A stretch of 64,000 nucleotides of DNA from Dimorphilus gyrociliatus (lineage: Eukaryota; Animalia; Annelida). Shown here in pieces: positions 51,001-63,611 of this stretch; within the stretch, counting starts at the first letter, position 1, and each line of letters begins with the position of its first letter. Under the pieces are notes generated by a model that saw only the letters and a program-made list of their open reading frames with translations, did no database searches and was not told where the DNA came from. The stretch lies in the NCBI GenBank assembly GCA_904063045.1, contig CAJFCJ010000013.1, positions 229,470 to 293,469 of the forward strand. Reading direction: 5' to 3'. The position numbers were made by a program, and so were the translations under genes.

Positions 51001-54000
51001 CCGCTCCGAGGGTGGTGTTCACGCGCCCTGCACACGCTTCTTAGCGTTTGATCCAAGCCGCCCTTTGTTTTCGTCCAAGAAAACTCTATTTTAATTGCTT
51101 ATTTCTTTTTTTTCCGAAATTTAAAATAAGAATTTCAGAGAAGAAAATTATTTTCAAATCACTGCTCGCTTTCGCCTTTCTAGCAAACTCAATACAAACT
51201 ATTCGCCCGTGGAGTGCAAAACCCCCTCGCTTCTTACAATACCTCATTCCCTTTGAATTATGAATGATGCGCCACGGGCAGTAAATGGTGCGGCATCAAA
51301 TATACAAGAGCAGTTGTTTGCACCTGTCCAACCGATAGAGACGCACCGTTTTGTTCAATAAGATCGATAACGGAGCCTGGCCTCATTCGTTTATAGCTGA
51401 TCGCTAATTGGATAACAATGTACCAATTTTAGAGTTTGTAAATGACCGCTTTACAAATAATTCTTACGAATAGACTGCCTACATTCACACGTAGAATTTT
51501 TTTTCGCGGGATATAATAGAACATAATATAAATACGTATAACAGTATAATTTCGTTACCAATGCCCCGTCGCCGACGTCATCAAACGGCACGCGACTTGT
51601 CGCTATCGGCGCTTATCGACCGTCAGCATCTGTCTCATGAATATTCATCATCTTTCCTCCCTTCCTCCCTTCCTCCCTTACCTCCCTTCACCAAAAACCT
51701 GATAAGATTGTCGCGCGTTCAAATCGTCCCATGGGCGCTTGAGAACGGCGTAACGTTCGTCCTTGTTTGCATGCATAAGCGGCCGTTTCTGTCTTACGTA
51801 AGTCCTTCTCGACGCCCCTGTTCGTTTTTAACGCTTCGAATACAAAAAGAAAAAGAAAATGTGAAAGGGAAGAAATACGGGACGGCGGGTGAATGAGAGT
51901 GATAGGCAAAATAGAAAGATATATACAATTAATAAAATATATATATATATAAAAAAAGGCACTCAAAATTTTTCTTTTTTATCTCTTCTTTTTTAGCCGG
52001 TAATCTTAGCGATCACGAAGATGAATTGGACTCGACGTCCGCTGGTCTCGACAACTTGGACGACGCCCTCAGCGAAAAAGATTTGGAGACGATTAAACAG
52101 GAACCTAGTCCGATAGCCTCCAGTCCACCGCCCACGGAGGACAAGTGCGCTGGCCCTTCGGGGCCGAACGATGTCGAAAGCTGCCCGGAGGATAAGCAAG
52201 GGACTAACGGCTCCGCCTCTCAGCAATCTGGCCAGGATGGTAACGGAAGTGGAGGAGGTCAAAAGAGGAGGGGACCGAGGACAACTATCAAGGCAAAGCA
52301 GCTGGAAACGCTCAAAGCGGCCTTCGCTGCAACTCCTAAACCTACTAGACATATACGAGAGCAATTAGCTCAGGAAACAGGCCTAAATATGAGAGTTATA
52401 CAGGTGAACGTCTTTTTTCGATAATCAATGTAAAACTAGCCACTTCTTCTCTTTCAACCCCGTTCTTCTTCTTTTTCACCCATTTCTCCCGTCAATTTGC
52501 ACCTGCCGTCTACGATAATTGAGAGCAAGATGCTGTTGCGTGCGGCAATCTTTTGTTTCTATAGTCGATTTTGCAGCTGGTGTTGGTGCAGGCACCACGC
52601 CTTTCAGCCCGCCTTTGCGCGGCGCTCTGAGTAAACAAATAGCTTTCGTAGATACGTTTCGGGCTTGTATTTCGCCTGTCAGCTGTTCAAACAGAAACTA
52701 GGCCGGGCTCGCGCGCGCCACTCCAACCCCAACTCTGCAGGAGGTTACCAAAACTCGTCCGCCTATTTCTTTTTTACTCTTTTCTATTTTGCCTTCCCAA
52801 AGAATCCTTCTACCTTTTTGTAACCGCTCACCGTTACTTGCATATAAACTAGGGAATCTCTTTTTTTCGTTTTTAATTATTTAAACTTATAAATACAAAA
52901 AGAGAAAGAAGATAAGTTCCAGCTTTTCCCTCGACCCTTTAGCCCCTTTTCCAATTTATCTAGTACTATTTATTAAAAATATATATATATATATATATAT
53001 GTTTTAAGTATATATAAATCTATATATATGATATAGTCAACAATAGCTACTGTCACGATCGTTCGCCATGAGAATTCTCGCCGCCAGCCATTGTATTCTA
53101 CCAACGATGCAGAACAGCGGGTTGTACGCATATATAAAGATCTAGGCGACGTTGTTGTTTTTTTTTTTTAAACCAAATATCTTATAAATATTCGCTTATT
53201 ATCGGTTGGTTTACTCCTAACCGACTTACTCAGTTCCGATTCGTTTGTGAATGCTATAGTGCGTTAATTCGAGACTTATAATAACATGAAAAAAGAGAGT
53301 GAAAAGCCATTTTTATAAACTGAGCCTCTTTTCATCACCAAACCGAAACCGTAGACGGAATGTACGTTAGGAGAACACGTTGCAGCTGTTGACCTTGTTA
53401 AATGCACCGTTGCGAGTAGCGCTAGGAGCGAGTAACTTTAATCTCTTATCTTTACTAAGTTAACAACTAAAAGTTGACCAAATTCCTAATATTTTTTTTT
53501 TCTTTCTTTCTTTGTAAATTCAGGTCTGGTTTCAAAATCGAAGATCGAAAGAAAGAAGAATGAAACAACTATCGGCAATGGGAGCCAGACGGCATCAGTT
53601 CTACTCTAGACCGCACCGGCGGGGCCTTCGGCCGCTTAACGGTCTCGAGGGGATGGAGGATAAGATGAATCCCGAATTGATAGGCGGTCAAGGAGGATTT
53701 TACGCATTCGGTAAGTTCCGTCTCGTTTTCTTCTCTTTTTATCCCTATACTTTTGATATCTCGGTACGCTGACAATTTACATTGTGTCTAGCTGATGAGA
53801 GGGAAACCTTTTATATGTAATTCCAAGATGATAGAGGCCAAGTAGGGAAGCCCGACTGCAACTCGCTCGGGGAAGCACTTGGATTGCGGCGCATGTAGCA
53901 AACACCTGCAACTTCCCACTTAATACACGCGCCGGCGCACGCAACTCTAATATCCCCACGCGATCTCTTTTCTCATCTAATTCCACAATTGCCATATATA

Positions 54001-55561
54001 TACTCTATTTACCGTATTTACATTTTATATAGTATACATATAGTAGATAAATTCTTTTTAATAGTCCTATATCCTGTCTATTAGCCTTTACAATTTTAGA
54101 CCTTATTAAACCATTTATTTTTTTTTCTCTCTTCCATAGGAGATGGTCAATCGGAATTCTATCCGTATTCAGCCGCTTACGGTGAATTTTTTAACCACGC
54201 TCACGCATCGGGCGGGGGCGAAGGACTTCCGTTTCCAATTCCACCCACTTCGCAGGCGAACATGGAAGGCGTTCACGGAGGTGAGTTAAACGTTTTACGT
54301 AATATTAATGATGGTGATAATAGTCACAATACTCTATGCGTACACACACATACACACGATAAATATATATAAACTTGTATATAATAAATACAGTTTGTAG
54401 GCGTATGACATAAAAACCTTTCTCAGCTATTTAAACATATACATAGATATTCCCATGTCTAGAACAACGTATTTATAAATATGAACATATATACAGTACA
54501 AAAACAAGAATAAAAAAAAGTGTTACAGCTGTCAAGGTACTATGTGCTTGCCTGTGGTATGCCTGTACTCTGATTTTTATGCTCGTTTTCTTTACCTTCG
54601 ACGTTCATTCAAATGCAAATTTCTAATGCCTATTCGAATCGCCTCTTATTCGAAATCGTTCGCCGTAAAACGCCTCTTCTAAATTCTTAATACGTTGTAT
54701 ATATACTCCAAGGGCGCGTGCATCAATATAAATAGTATATATATATATATATATATATATACCTTATACCCTATACCATATACATATCGTATAGTGTTTA
54801 TGCATAAGATAAGGATTATAGATAATAGAATTTTTACATGAATTATTTATGCAAAGAGAATTTTCGAAAGATCGCACGTTCGTGTTTTTACGAACGAATT
54901 TATATGTAATTTTTTACATACAGTAATCTGTAGATATCAAAAGTACAATAAAGATGATAAGTGAACATTTTATTCTCCTCATCAATCGATGCTTATCATC
55001 TCACGCACGACGAATATCTAACATCAAAAACTGTCGTTTCGCTCACCGCCGTATACAGAAAATAGCCGAAGGCAAAAGAGACATCGTTTTATATACGAAT
55101 TCTTTACATATATAGCATACAAGTAAACTATATATATATATATATATATTCTGAGGAGAGATAGATAGTATATATATAAATATATATGAATTCCCATCTT
55201 CTCTCTATTGTTATAAACATTACTATATTTATTTACAAATATGCGGGCTAATGACATTTACATTCACATATAAAACTCTTGCTATTGGTATATATTTCAC
55301 CCAAATAGATGGTTTACGGCGGATACACTTTATGTATCAATAGGCCTAACAAAACTGAATGAGAAAATAATGAAGTGTGACTGAGTTGTTTCTTTTTTTT
55401 CTTTTAAAACAGGGTCCATGGTAGCTGAACACTTTATTGCAGATACAGTTCCGCCAACGTCTTCTGCATCGCCAGAACCAGGATTACCTCCATTTACTCC
55501 CGACTATCCAAATTCTCGACATTTCCCAAATAATACTCAAGAAGTGTCCGAGACTTGGTAG
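48086..55561 (+). CDS. LHX1: LIM homeobox protein Lhx1/5 (Lim1)
   Basis: Exons 48086-48258 (alternative in-frame ATG 48041), 49949-50154, 51997-52403, 53524-53710, 54140-54280, 55413-55561. LIM1 [15 protein letters not shown]2 CGGC...YHLKCFTC, homeodomain [58 protein letters not shown], terminal ...VSETW*. Confidence 0.97.
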
Positions 55562-58401
55562 AAGTGGCTAAAATCTAGAAGAAAAAATTTAAAACTCGGA
55601 AAAAAAAAGAATAAATGCTACAATTCTCTTTTTCGAACTGCTATATTTAAAATTATCTGAATATATACAAATATATACAGTATATTGCGTATATAAATAT
55701 ATACATTTACACTGTATACGTCCGTATATATAGTGAAATATAATTGATGATTATGTATATACAGTAAGGAAAAAACGTAAAAAATACATGTGTACATATT
55801 TATATATTAAGTATTTAATATATATATATATAAATATATTTGGAAACACTTTTTGTGTAGTTTTTCACAAATTGACAAACTCAATCGATGCCAAAAGTAT
55901 ACAAACATGAATTGTTTTTTTTCTCTCTCTCTCTCTCTCTCCTTTTCTGCCTTCGTCCTCGTCTCTCCCTCTATTCCGATCTCGCTCTTTATTTATAGTC
56001 TCTCACTTTTCTATCTTTCTATCCTTCTATATTTTCTCTTTTCTAAATTAAACTGGTCAAATACAGAATGAAAATTTGATAATAGAAAATCAAATACATT
56101 CGTTGATTAGATGATATTTTCTCATAAACACATATATTATATAAAAAACGGATGCATTTAGTTAAAAATGACCTTTAGCAAGGCAAAGGTGCCCGAGGGA
56201 GAGACGCCACAACGTGATTATCGTCTAAAACGGTGCGCAGCCGCAGAAAAATTACGGTAAATGGCGCTAAACACTAACGGCGTCGTTAAATAATTGAAGC
56301 GAGTATAAAACTAGGAAAAACGCGGGAATAGTTATATAATAAGTGTGATATCTCACGCCCAGCGCGCCAATTCAATAAATATTTATGCGAAGGATTTAGG
56401 TTTGTCGAGCAGAAGGGCAACGCGGTGTCATAGCGCATTGCCCTTGCCAACTGCAAAATTTTCCAGTCGTCTGTCTTAGTATATATGATGTACAGTTTTT
56501 TTGAAGCTATCTATTTATAATTTCTTTCTTATAAAGGGTATAATGTTACGCAGGTGCTGCCTAAGAGTATCAATTACATAATGTGCAGGTAGATTGGTCA
56601 AAGCATTCCTTCTCTATTTCATCGACCGGCAATAGCTTTAATTAAGATTGCTATCTCTACAGAAAGTAGGCGCAATAATTGCATAATTTCTAACAACAAA
56701 TTAAGTAATTATCTCCATAGCAGGGTTATAGAAAAGACGAAGTGGACATTAAAACTCTGACACGACGCTTGGACGTTATTTTTAGCGTCTCCACTTACTA
56801 AACGGACGCGTGCCATCTGACCGGTAACGAGCGGAGTAAGAGAGATAGAGGGAAAAAAAGAAAGAAAAGAGTCAGGACGGGTCAAAATTGACGCAAAAAT
56901 TGCTAATGTATGAATTTTAATTGAACCACGGACAAGAGGGAAAAATAAAAAGTTTAGAGACTCTGATATTGAGTGGAAAGAGAGAGACGAATATGCAAAA
57001 AGAGGAAAACGACGGCAACCGGCGCCGAATGAAGCATTGCCCCACATGCTATCTGACGCCGAAAGCATGTGGAGAATAGCGAATGAGCGAGCTTGTCAAT
57101 CATAGCGGTGAAGAGAGAGAGAGCGAGAGCGAATGGGGAAAGAGAGAGAGAGAGAGAGAGAGAAAGAAGGGGAGGGGGAGAAAAAGAAAAAATATAAAGA
57201 ATGATTGTAAGAATGGAATGAAAGAAGAAAAAGCGAGAGAAATTGATAGAGAAAGTGTACCCCATCTGTAAACCATACCGCGGACGCGATAATGGTTTTG
57301 TAGATAGCGCTTATCTGATTATTTTCGGCTACGGTTGGACGATGTATAAAGACGTTTAGAGATGTTATGCAATCGCTTCGGAAGTTTGGTGGCGAAAAAT
57401 TCGCGCTTAGTTACGCCTGTAGACTTATTCTCCAGAGACCGGTTTAAAGGGGTAGGTAAGAAGGCGAAGAGAAGGGTAAAGGAGGGTTATAAAGCCGCCG
57501 TTTGTCACCATCTCCAATCCGTTTATAACCACATCTAATAAGGAGCGAGATTTGAGTAACGTCTCCGCGGAGTCATAGCGGGATAAGAAGGGAAAAAGCG
57601 GTAATGATGCGGAGATTATCCGCCGAGGTGTTTTTTGTTCGATCCGACCGTTGTACCGGCGGGAGACGCCGTCGACCGTTTATCCCCGCTGGATTGACTG
57701 GCGCTATAGGAGAGGCGTCTCCCATCGGTCTCTCCTTCGCCTATTTACTCGGGGATGGCAAGCTATTTTACTCTCAGATTGTCAGGATATATCTTTGTTG
57801 ACTCGAAGATTACGACGAGTCGCTTGTTTATTTTACATTTTGCGCCCAGGGAAAGAGACGTCTCGCTTCGTTAGTGTGCAAACCAACTGTTCCTGACTAG
57901 AGTTTCACTGCAACGCGGGTGGTATATACGCCTTACGTCACCGGCTCGCCCGATTCCCGCCAATGTGCTTGTATATTATGATAACAGGGAAAAGAGAGTG
58001 AGAGATAGACAGAAAGAAAAAAAACAAATGAAGAATGATTGAGAGAGAGAGAGAGAGAGAGAGAAAAAAAGAAATAACGAAAACAAAGTGGGAGGAGAGT
58101 GGGAAGAGAGTTTTCCTTTCTTATCTCTCGCTCTCTACCTTTTTTTTTTTGACGTCCCTTTTTTTCTAGCTTAACGGTCGTATATCTAACACTGACATGT
58201 TATTATTGAAAACATTCCAAGGAATCCCAGGTTCATTGTCGCCGAAAAAGATCAACGGTCGGGGAAGAATCTTTCGCGGTTGGAAAAAGAAAGACCCAGA
58301 GGCGAAAAACTAGTTCCATAATTTAATCGCATTCGCCCAATTTTCGTAAAGCGGCAACGTTCCTCCTGGCAACGTTGCCGATTTTCCACAATACAAGCCA
58401 C

Positions 58402-58432
<31 letters not shown>

Positions 58433-59780
58433 CATTTGTCAATGTATACACTAGGTTACAGTAGAACTAGGCATGACAGAGACAGTATATATCGACTTGC
58501 ATATCAAGAAAATATTTATTATTAAAATATTGAACAGTTTATGGATTTTTTTTTAAAAAAAAAATTGTTTATATAAAAAGAGAAAGAGGAGAACATTTTA
58601 AAACGGAGGCCAACTTTAATGCCCTTTTACCTTTCCTACTAACCGAAACTCTTTCTCACCCCACCCTTTTCATTGCCTTCCCTTGTTGCTGTACGTAAAG
58701 CTCTTCTCTTTTTTTCTCTTTGCTAAGTGCTCCGTAAACACGCACTCGAAATTCGTGTGTTTCTTATACTGAACGTCGGAGATTTTATCAATCGACGTCA
58801 CTTGTCTCTATGTATACGAGGAAAAAAAAACAGGTGCACGAGGGCAATCGAATTCTCATTACTACGCATCTATTACGCTCCGATCGTTCACCGTATTTAT
58901 TAGCCGAAAATTAATTACTCTTAACAAGAAATTTCGCCTGCACGACAGCATGTCAGGCAAATGAGGCTTGCCGTTCGGTCTCTGTAAGAAATTTTCTCGT
59001 CGTTAGGTGGCGCTCTTTCCTTGAATAAAATAATGCGCCCCCTCTTAGCTTTTTATAATGGGAAAATAATTAATATTTTCAAGATTGATTCAATAGAGAA
59101 AAAAAGGAAACTCGAAAAAAAGGGGGAAAAAAAAAGAACACGAGGAAAGTAAACAGACAAGTTTGGTCGTAAGAAAACATGTTTATTTTGTTTGGTTTCA
59201 CTTTCAATACAAAAGCAGTTTAAAATGTATTTAATTCATATTTTAAAGGGAGAAAAAATCATTAAAAGACAAAATATTATTATTTTATAAATGAAAAAAA
59301 CAAAAAAAAACGACAGACTACTTTTCTCATTTTCTTTTCGCTGTTGTTGTTGTTATTGTTGTTATTGTTATTATTGTTAAATAAATAGAAAGGAACAGTG
59401 AAAACAATTAAGTAGCAAAAAAATAAAACAACAAAATGAAATGATCTATTTACATAAATATACTATGCACATATTCGAATAAATAATCGGGTATATAGTA
59501 TATCTGGGTAAATGATTAATAGAATGTATACACGTATATTTAACATTCTTAAAAACCTGAACACACAAGAAGAAACCTTTTTGAGATCCATCAAGTAATA
59601 TTGTTTTATTACAGTCCCGCCCACCTCATCACTTCAATTCTTCTTTATGTTTATAAAGAACGAAATACCCCTCCGATCGAATAGATAAACAATGTATATA
59701 TACGGTCGTAAATAGATAGGCTATCGCTAAAGAACATCTACTTAACTCGATCATCTGACTGAAAACATGCGGTTCTTTCA

Positions 59781-60461
59781 CTAATTCTCCATACATTGTG
59801 TCTTATTCGTATTGCAAATATCTGTTAACGGGCTGGCTGCATTTCTCTTTAAATTGAAATCTGAAGCGTCTTGGCTATCCTGCTGCGATACGGAAAAAGA
59901 CATATTAGAATCTTCGTTGAAACAGCTTAGACTATCTTGAGACTTTGAATCTGGTTGACTCAAATTGGAGCTCTCATCCATAAGGAGACTTGACACTATA
60001 AAATTCATACAAATGTAGAGTTTTTATAATTGTTTCAACTTGTTTGTTTGTTTATTTTGTCAACTTACGTTTTTCATCCTTTCTTGAAGCCATTTCTAAA
60101 AGCTTTGTATTTGTTACAGGCTGTTAGGTAAAATAGTACGAATAAGTATTTTTAAATAGCCTTCATCCGATATACAATATATTTTAAATATATACCTTTC
60201 GGCTAACTTCTGAGACGCTAATCGGAACCCATTTGTAGATTTTAAGAGGCGTCTCCGTACTTACTGTTACCCATCTTTTCTCCCTGTTTTATATATAAAT
60301 TGTCTATTACATAAAGCCGACACGCCGTGATCATAAATATGAAAATATTAGGCGATCGGCTGAACTTACCACTTTCTCACTTTATCTATAGCATTAATAA
60401 CCTTCTTAAAATCCTCTCTAGCTCTTGATCGTGTTTCTGTCCTGACCGATCTAGACATCAT
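59781..60461 (-). CDS. BCL7: BCL7 family SWI/SNF (BAF) subunit
   Basis: Four exons: [31 protein letters not shown]|[22 protein letters not shown]..., then an acidic S-rich tail with MDESSN and FNEDSN motifs. Stop at 59781-59783. Confidence 0.95.
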
Positions 60462-60727
60462 TTTAAAAAACAATAATAATATTGTCTATAAAACGAAGGT
60501 AAGGTCAAGGACGAATAATGGACGAAAAACGGTTCTAACTGGTCTTAATGTTAGAAACGTTATTGTCTAAAATATTTTAACTATATTGCATTTTAATTCT
60601 TTTTAAAATTAACATGTAGAAAATCAATATATTCAATCGAATATTAAAATTTGTTTTCTTATAGATGGCGCTGCCGATCCATACCGGAAGTTTTTTAAAA
60701 AAAAAAGAGAGAAATAAATGTTAAAAA
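60462..60727. promoter_or_regulatory. 266-bp bidirectional promoter (BCL7 / C6orf89-like)
   Basis: Head-to-head ATGs at 60461 and 60728; YY1-like AGATGGCG at 60663-60670 and ETS CCGGAAG at 60684-60690. Confidence 0.7.
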
Positions 60728-62348
60728 ATGAATTCTTTATTTAGAGAAACAATAGCTAAAGGCAAAAAACTCGGCTTACCAGAAGGAGATATTTTACAAG
60801 TTATAAAAGAGCAGGTTAAACCAGAAAAATCGAAAAAATCCAATTTTTACTCCTTTTTTTTAGTCACTAAGGTAAGGGAAAGTTTCCTTACTTTTTATTT
60901 GCATGCCTGAACATTCAATTAATGTTACAGATCTTAATTGCAACCCTCATAGCTTTTATCATTCTGTTAATTATTTGGAATTTCGCGGGGGATCATTTCC
61001 CCTTAATTGAATCTACATTTAATTCTTATAGTTATTCTATTTTAAAGACATTGAGATATTTTGCACTCTTCTACCTGAGACATTACAATACCCATAGTAA
61101 ATATTGATTCTATTAACCCGTTTTAAATTAAACACGATGCATAAAAGAGAAATTAATTGAAATATTTTGTCTTCCTTTCTCTCTTTCTCGTTAGATCTTC
61201 TCGCATCGTATTGTTTTATAAACAATCCTTGGTATCAATATATTCCTCCAAGTTGTGAACTATTTCACTGGAGGTCTGTGAGACAAATCACCGCTGAAGA
61301 ATTTAATGATGGAGATTTTCAAACAACATTTTACGCTACAGATGACATAATTATCATAAATGTAAGCCGATTTGTAATATTACGCGTGCATCGTTATGGT
61401 GACACTCTTGAAACGTTTTCAGGGCGGAAGTGAATCGACAACAACTTATAATAAATTACGGAATGATTTACTGAATGAACCTTTGCTATTTAACTCTTTT
61501 CATCGCCTCTACGTTAACAATTCGAAACTTGACTTTGCTGAATTGCTAAAGATGCCGGAATCGGAAGTGATAGCAGGAGGAAGTATTCAAGCGAAATGGT
61601 AAGGTTATATAATATTACTTACTAAGCGATTCCTGTGATAGGTGTCACGATTTTCCGTAATAGGATTAAAGCTTAGTCTATCCGCCATCTGCTTTTCCGA
61701 AATTGATTCTCTCTTTCAGAGTTGGTGTCATCTTCTAGGGAATATGCGCGATCCGGGGGTATGATAGAGAGGGTCTAAACGGTTTCCAAATGTGCCAAAA
61801 CCCATTTCTAAAGTCTTCTTGTGCACAGGGCGTTAAATAGCGTGACGGCGACAAGAGTACTACGAAGACACTCACCCCCACCGCGAAAGATCGAACTCAG
61901 CCATCCGATTTCTTTGTTGAAACACCTGTATATTTATTCGAGCGATGCGTCATTTACACTCGTAAGAAAATTACTTTTTTGAACGCTTTTTAAACGCTTT
62001 TAACGCTAAAAAACGTTACTTTTTTTTTCTTTTGTAAACAAACATTCAAACTCTAAGAATGATAACATTGACAACTATTTGCGATACGGAATTCAAGCTT
62101 TCGGTTCTGCTTCTTATACAGCCATTTTCAAAAATAACACCTGCAGCGGTTCTCCTCTGATGTTAAAATTTCATTTAAAAGAAGGCGATATACGTTAGTT
62201 TAACGACTAAATATTTCATTTTCTGTTTTTATTCACCCCAATACTTGTCACAGTGTTATATTTGTCTTCGACGTGGGATATTTCCAAGGTCGCCGAGGAT
62301 CATCAAGCAAGAACTTTAGGTATACTATCAACAGGCTCTTATGAATAA
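60728..62348 (+). CDS. C6orf89/BRAP-like single-pass membrane protein
   Basis: Seven exons: MNSLFRETIAKGKKLGLPEGDI, a TM segment ILIATLIAFIILLIIW, SILKTLRYFALFYLRHY, CFINNPWY, W|ALNSVTATRVLRRHSPPP (exon from 61829), GIQAFGS...LKEGDIL, final ...STGSYE* (62346-62348). Architecture resembles recalled C6orf89 homologs; the gene is strongly supported, the family name less so. Confidence 0.7.
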
Positions 62349-62473
62349 AATATTTGAATATAATTTCGAAAATTAGCGCGAAAAAAGAAACTGGTATTTT
62401 AACTTATTATTCAATTGAATGTTTTACTTATATTAATCACGTGTAGTATTATTTGAACTTTTGCTCGTTAATA

Positions 62474-63611
62474 ATGTTTAGAAAATTGAATATAATAAAT
62501 TTTCTGTCTATTTCAAATCGTAAAAGTAATGTGATAGGTGTAAATTTAAACCACTATTCTAAATCTACTACTCCGATTGGATATGGTCATGATCTTTTGT
62601 TGGATGATGAAACGAATAGGTCCTATCGAAAGAAAAATCATAAATCATATAACCAAGGCCTACCCGGTATTGGAAAAGTCAAGTAAGCATTGATCGTTTT
62701 AGTCAGACAATCACAATTTTTAAATTACAATTTTCCAGGAAAGGATTCAAATATCCATTCAAAGTTCGGGGAGAAGTTTTATTTGGAGTTTATCCTGTCT
62801 TATGCGCTATGGAACAAGGTCGAAGAGACATACATCGGCTTCATATAAAAGAAAGTCTTTTCAACGAACCCGGCGAAGGCATTCGAACAATTCTTCATAA
62901 ATCTCAAGAACTTGGAACAATTTTAAAACCTGTTACAAAGAGCACTTTAGACTCTCTTTCACAGCAAAGACCACATCAAGGAGTCTGCTTAGAAGTTGGA
63001 AAGTTAGACTATCTTCGTGAAATAAAAGACTTACAACCAGCTGAGAAGCTAATCGTTTATATCGACTCTGTTCAGGTAATACATAATCTAGTCTACAGTA
63101 CGGTGTACCCGACACTACACTTGAATTTATAATAATTTCCATATTAATGTTTTCCTTCTCTATATATAAATAGGATCCTATGAATTTTGGTTCACTTGTA
63201 AGGTCATGCTATTATTTTGGAGTTAATAGGATAATAGCGTCAAAGGAATGCTGCCATTTGTCGCCTGTTGTTGCTAAAGCTAGTTCTGGTGTTTCCGAAA
63301 TAGAACCGATTTATCAACTACCTGACATCTCATTCATACGTCAATTAAAGATGGATGGCTGGATTGTTGTTGGAACTTCGACATCCGCCAAAAATTCAGA
63401 AAATATAGCGGAAATTCGTCACAAATTACGAGCAATAGATAAAATATTGCTAATTTTAGGGAATGAAGGATATGGTATTTCCAGTAGTCTATTAAATGAA
63501 TGCGATCTCTTTGTTAAAATTAATTCGGGTAAGGTATTAAATCAACATGTCGACTCTCTAAATGTGTCAGTAGCGACCGGTATACTTCTCTATCAACTGA
63601 CAAACTTGTAA
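62474..63611 (+). CDS. MRM1: Mitochondrial rRNA methyltransferase 1 (SpoU/TrmH family)
   Basis: Basic N-terminal presequence-like segment, EVLFGVYPVLCAM, RPHQGVCLEV, DSVQ|DPMNFGSLVRSCYYFG, SPVVAKASSG, ILGNEGYG, VDSLNVSVATGILL. Three exons. Confidence 0.95.

Larger units (their letters stand above)
39300..59050. promoter_or_regulatory. Extended cis-regulatory landscape around Lhx1/5: CpG-rich islands separated by AT/GA microsatellite spacers
   Basis: Dozens of 100-350 bp GC/CpG-rich non-coding blocks upstream, intronic and downstream of Lhx1/5. I recognised no other gene over about 21 kb, unlike the dense flanks. Confidence 0.7.

Noticed and set aside
53785-53830. Hammerhead-ribozyme-like core CTGATGA-GAGG-GAAAC in Lhx1/5 intron 4
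   Set aside because: No G-C closed stem II, no stem III with an NUH site, and no complement to the putative stem I arm nearby.
55853-57896. ORFs downstream of Lhx1/5
   Set aside because: Repeat-derived or GC-island artefacts without recognisable homology or a splice-consistent chain.
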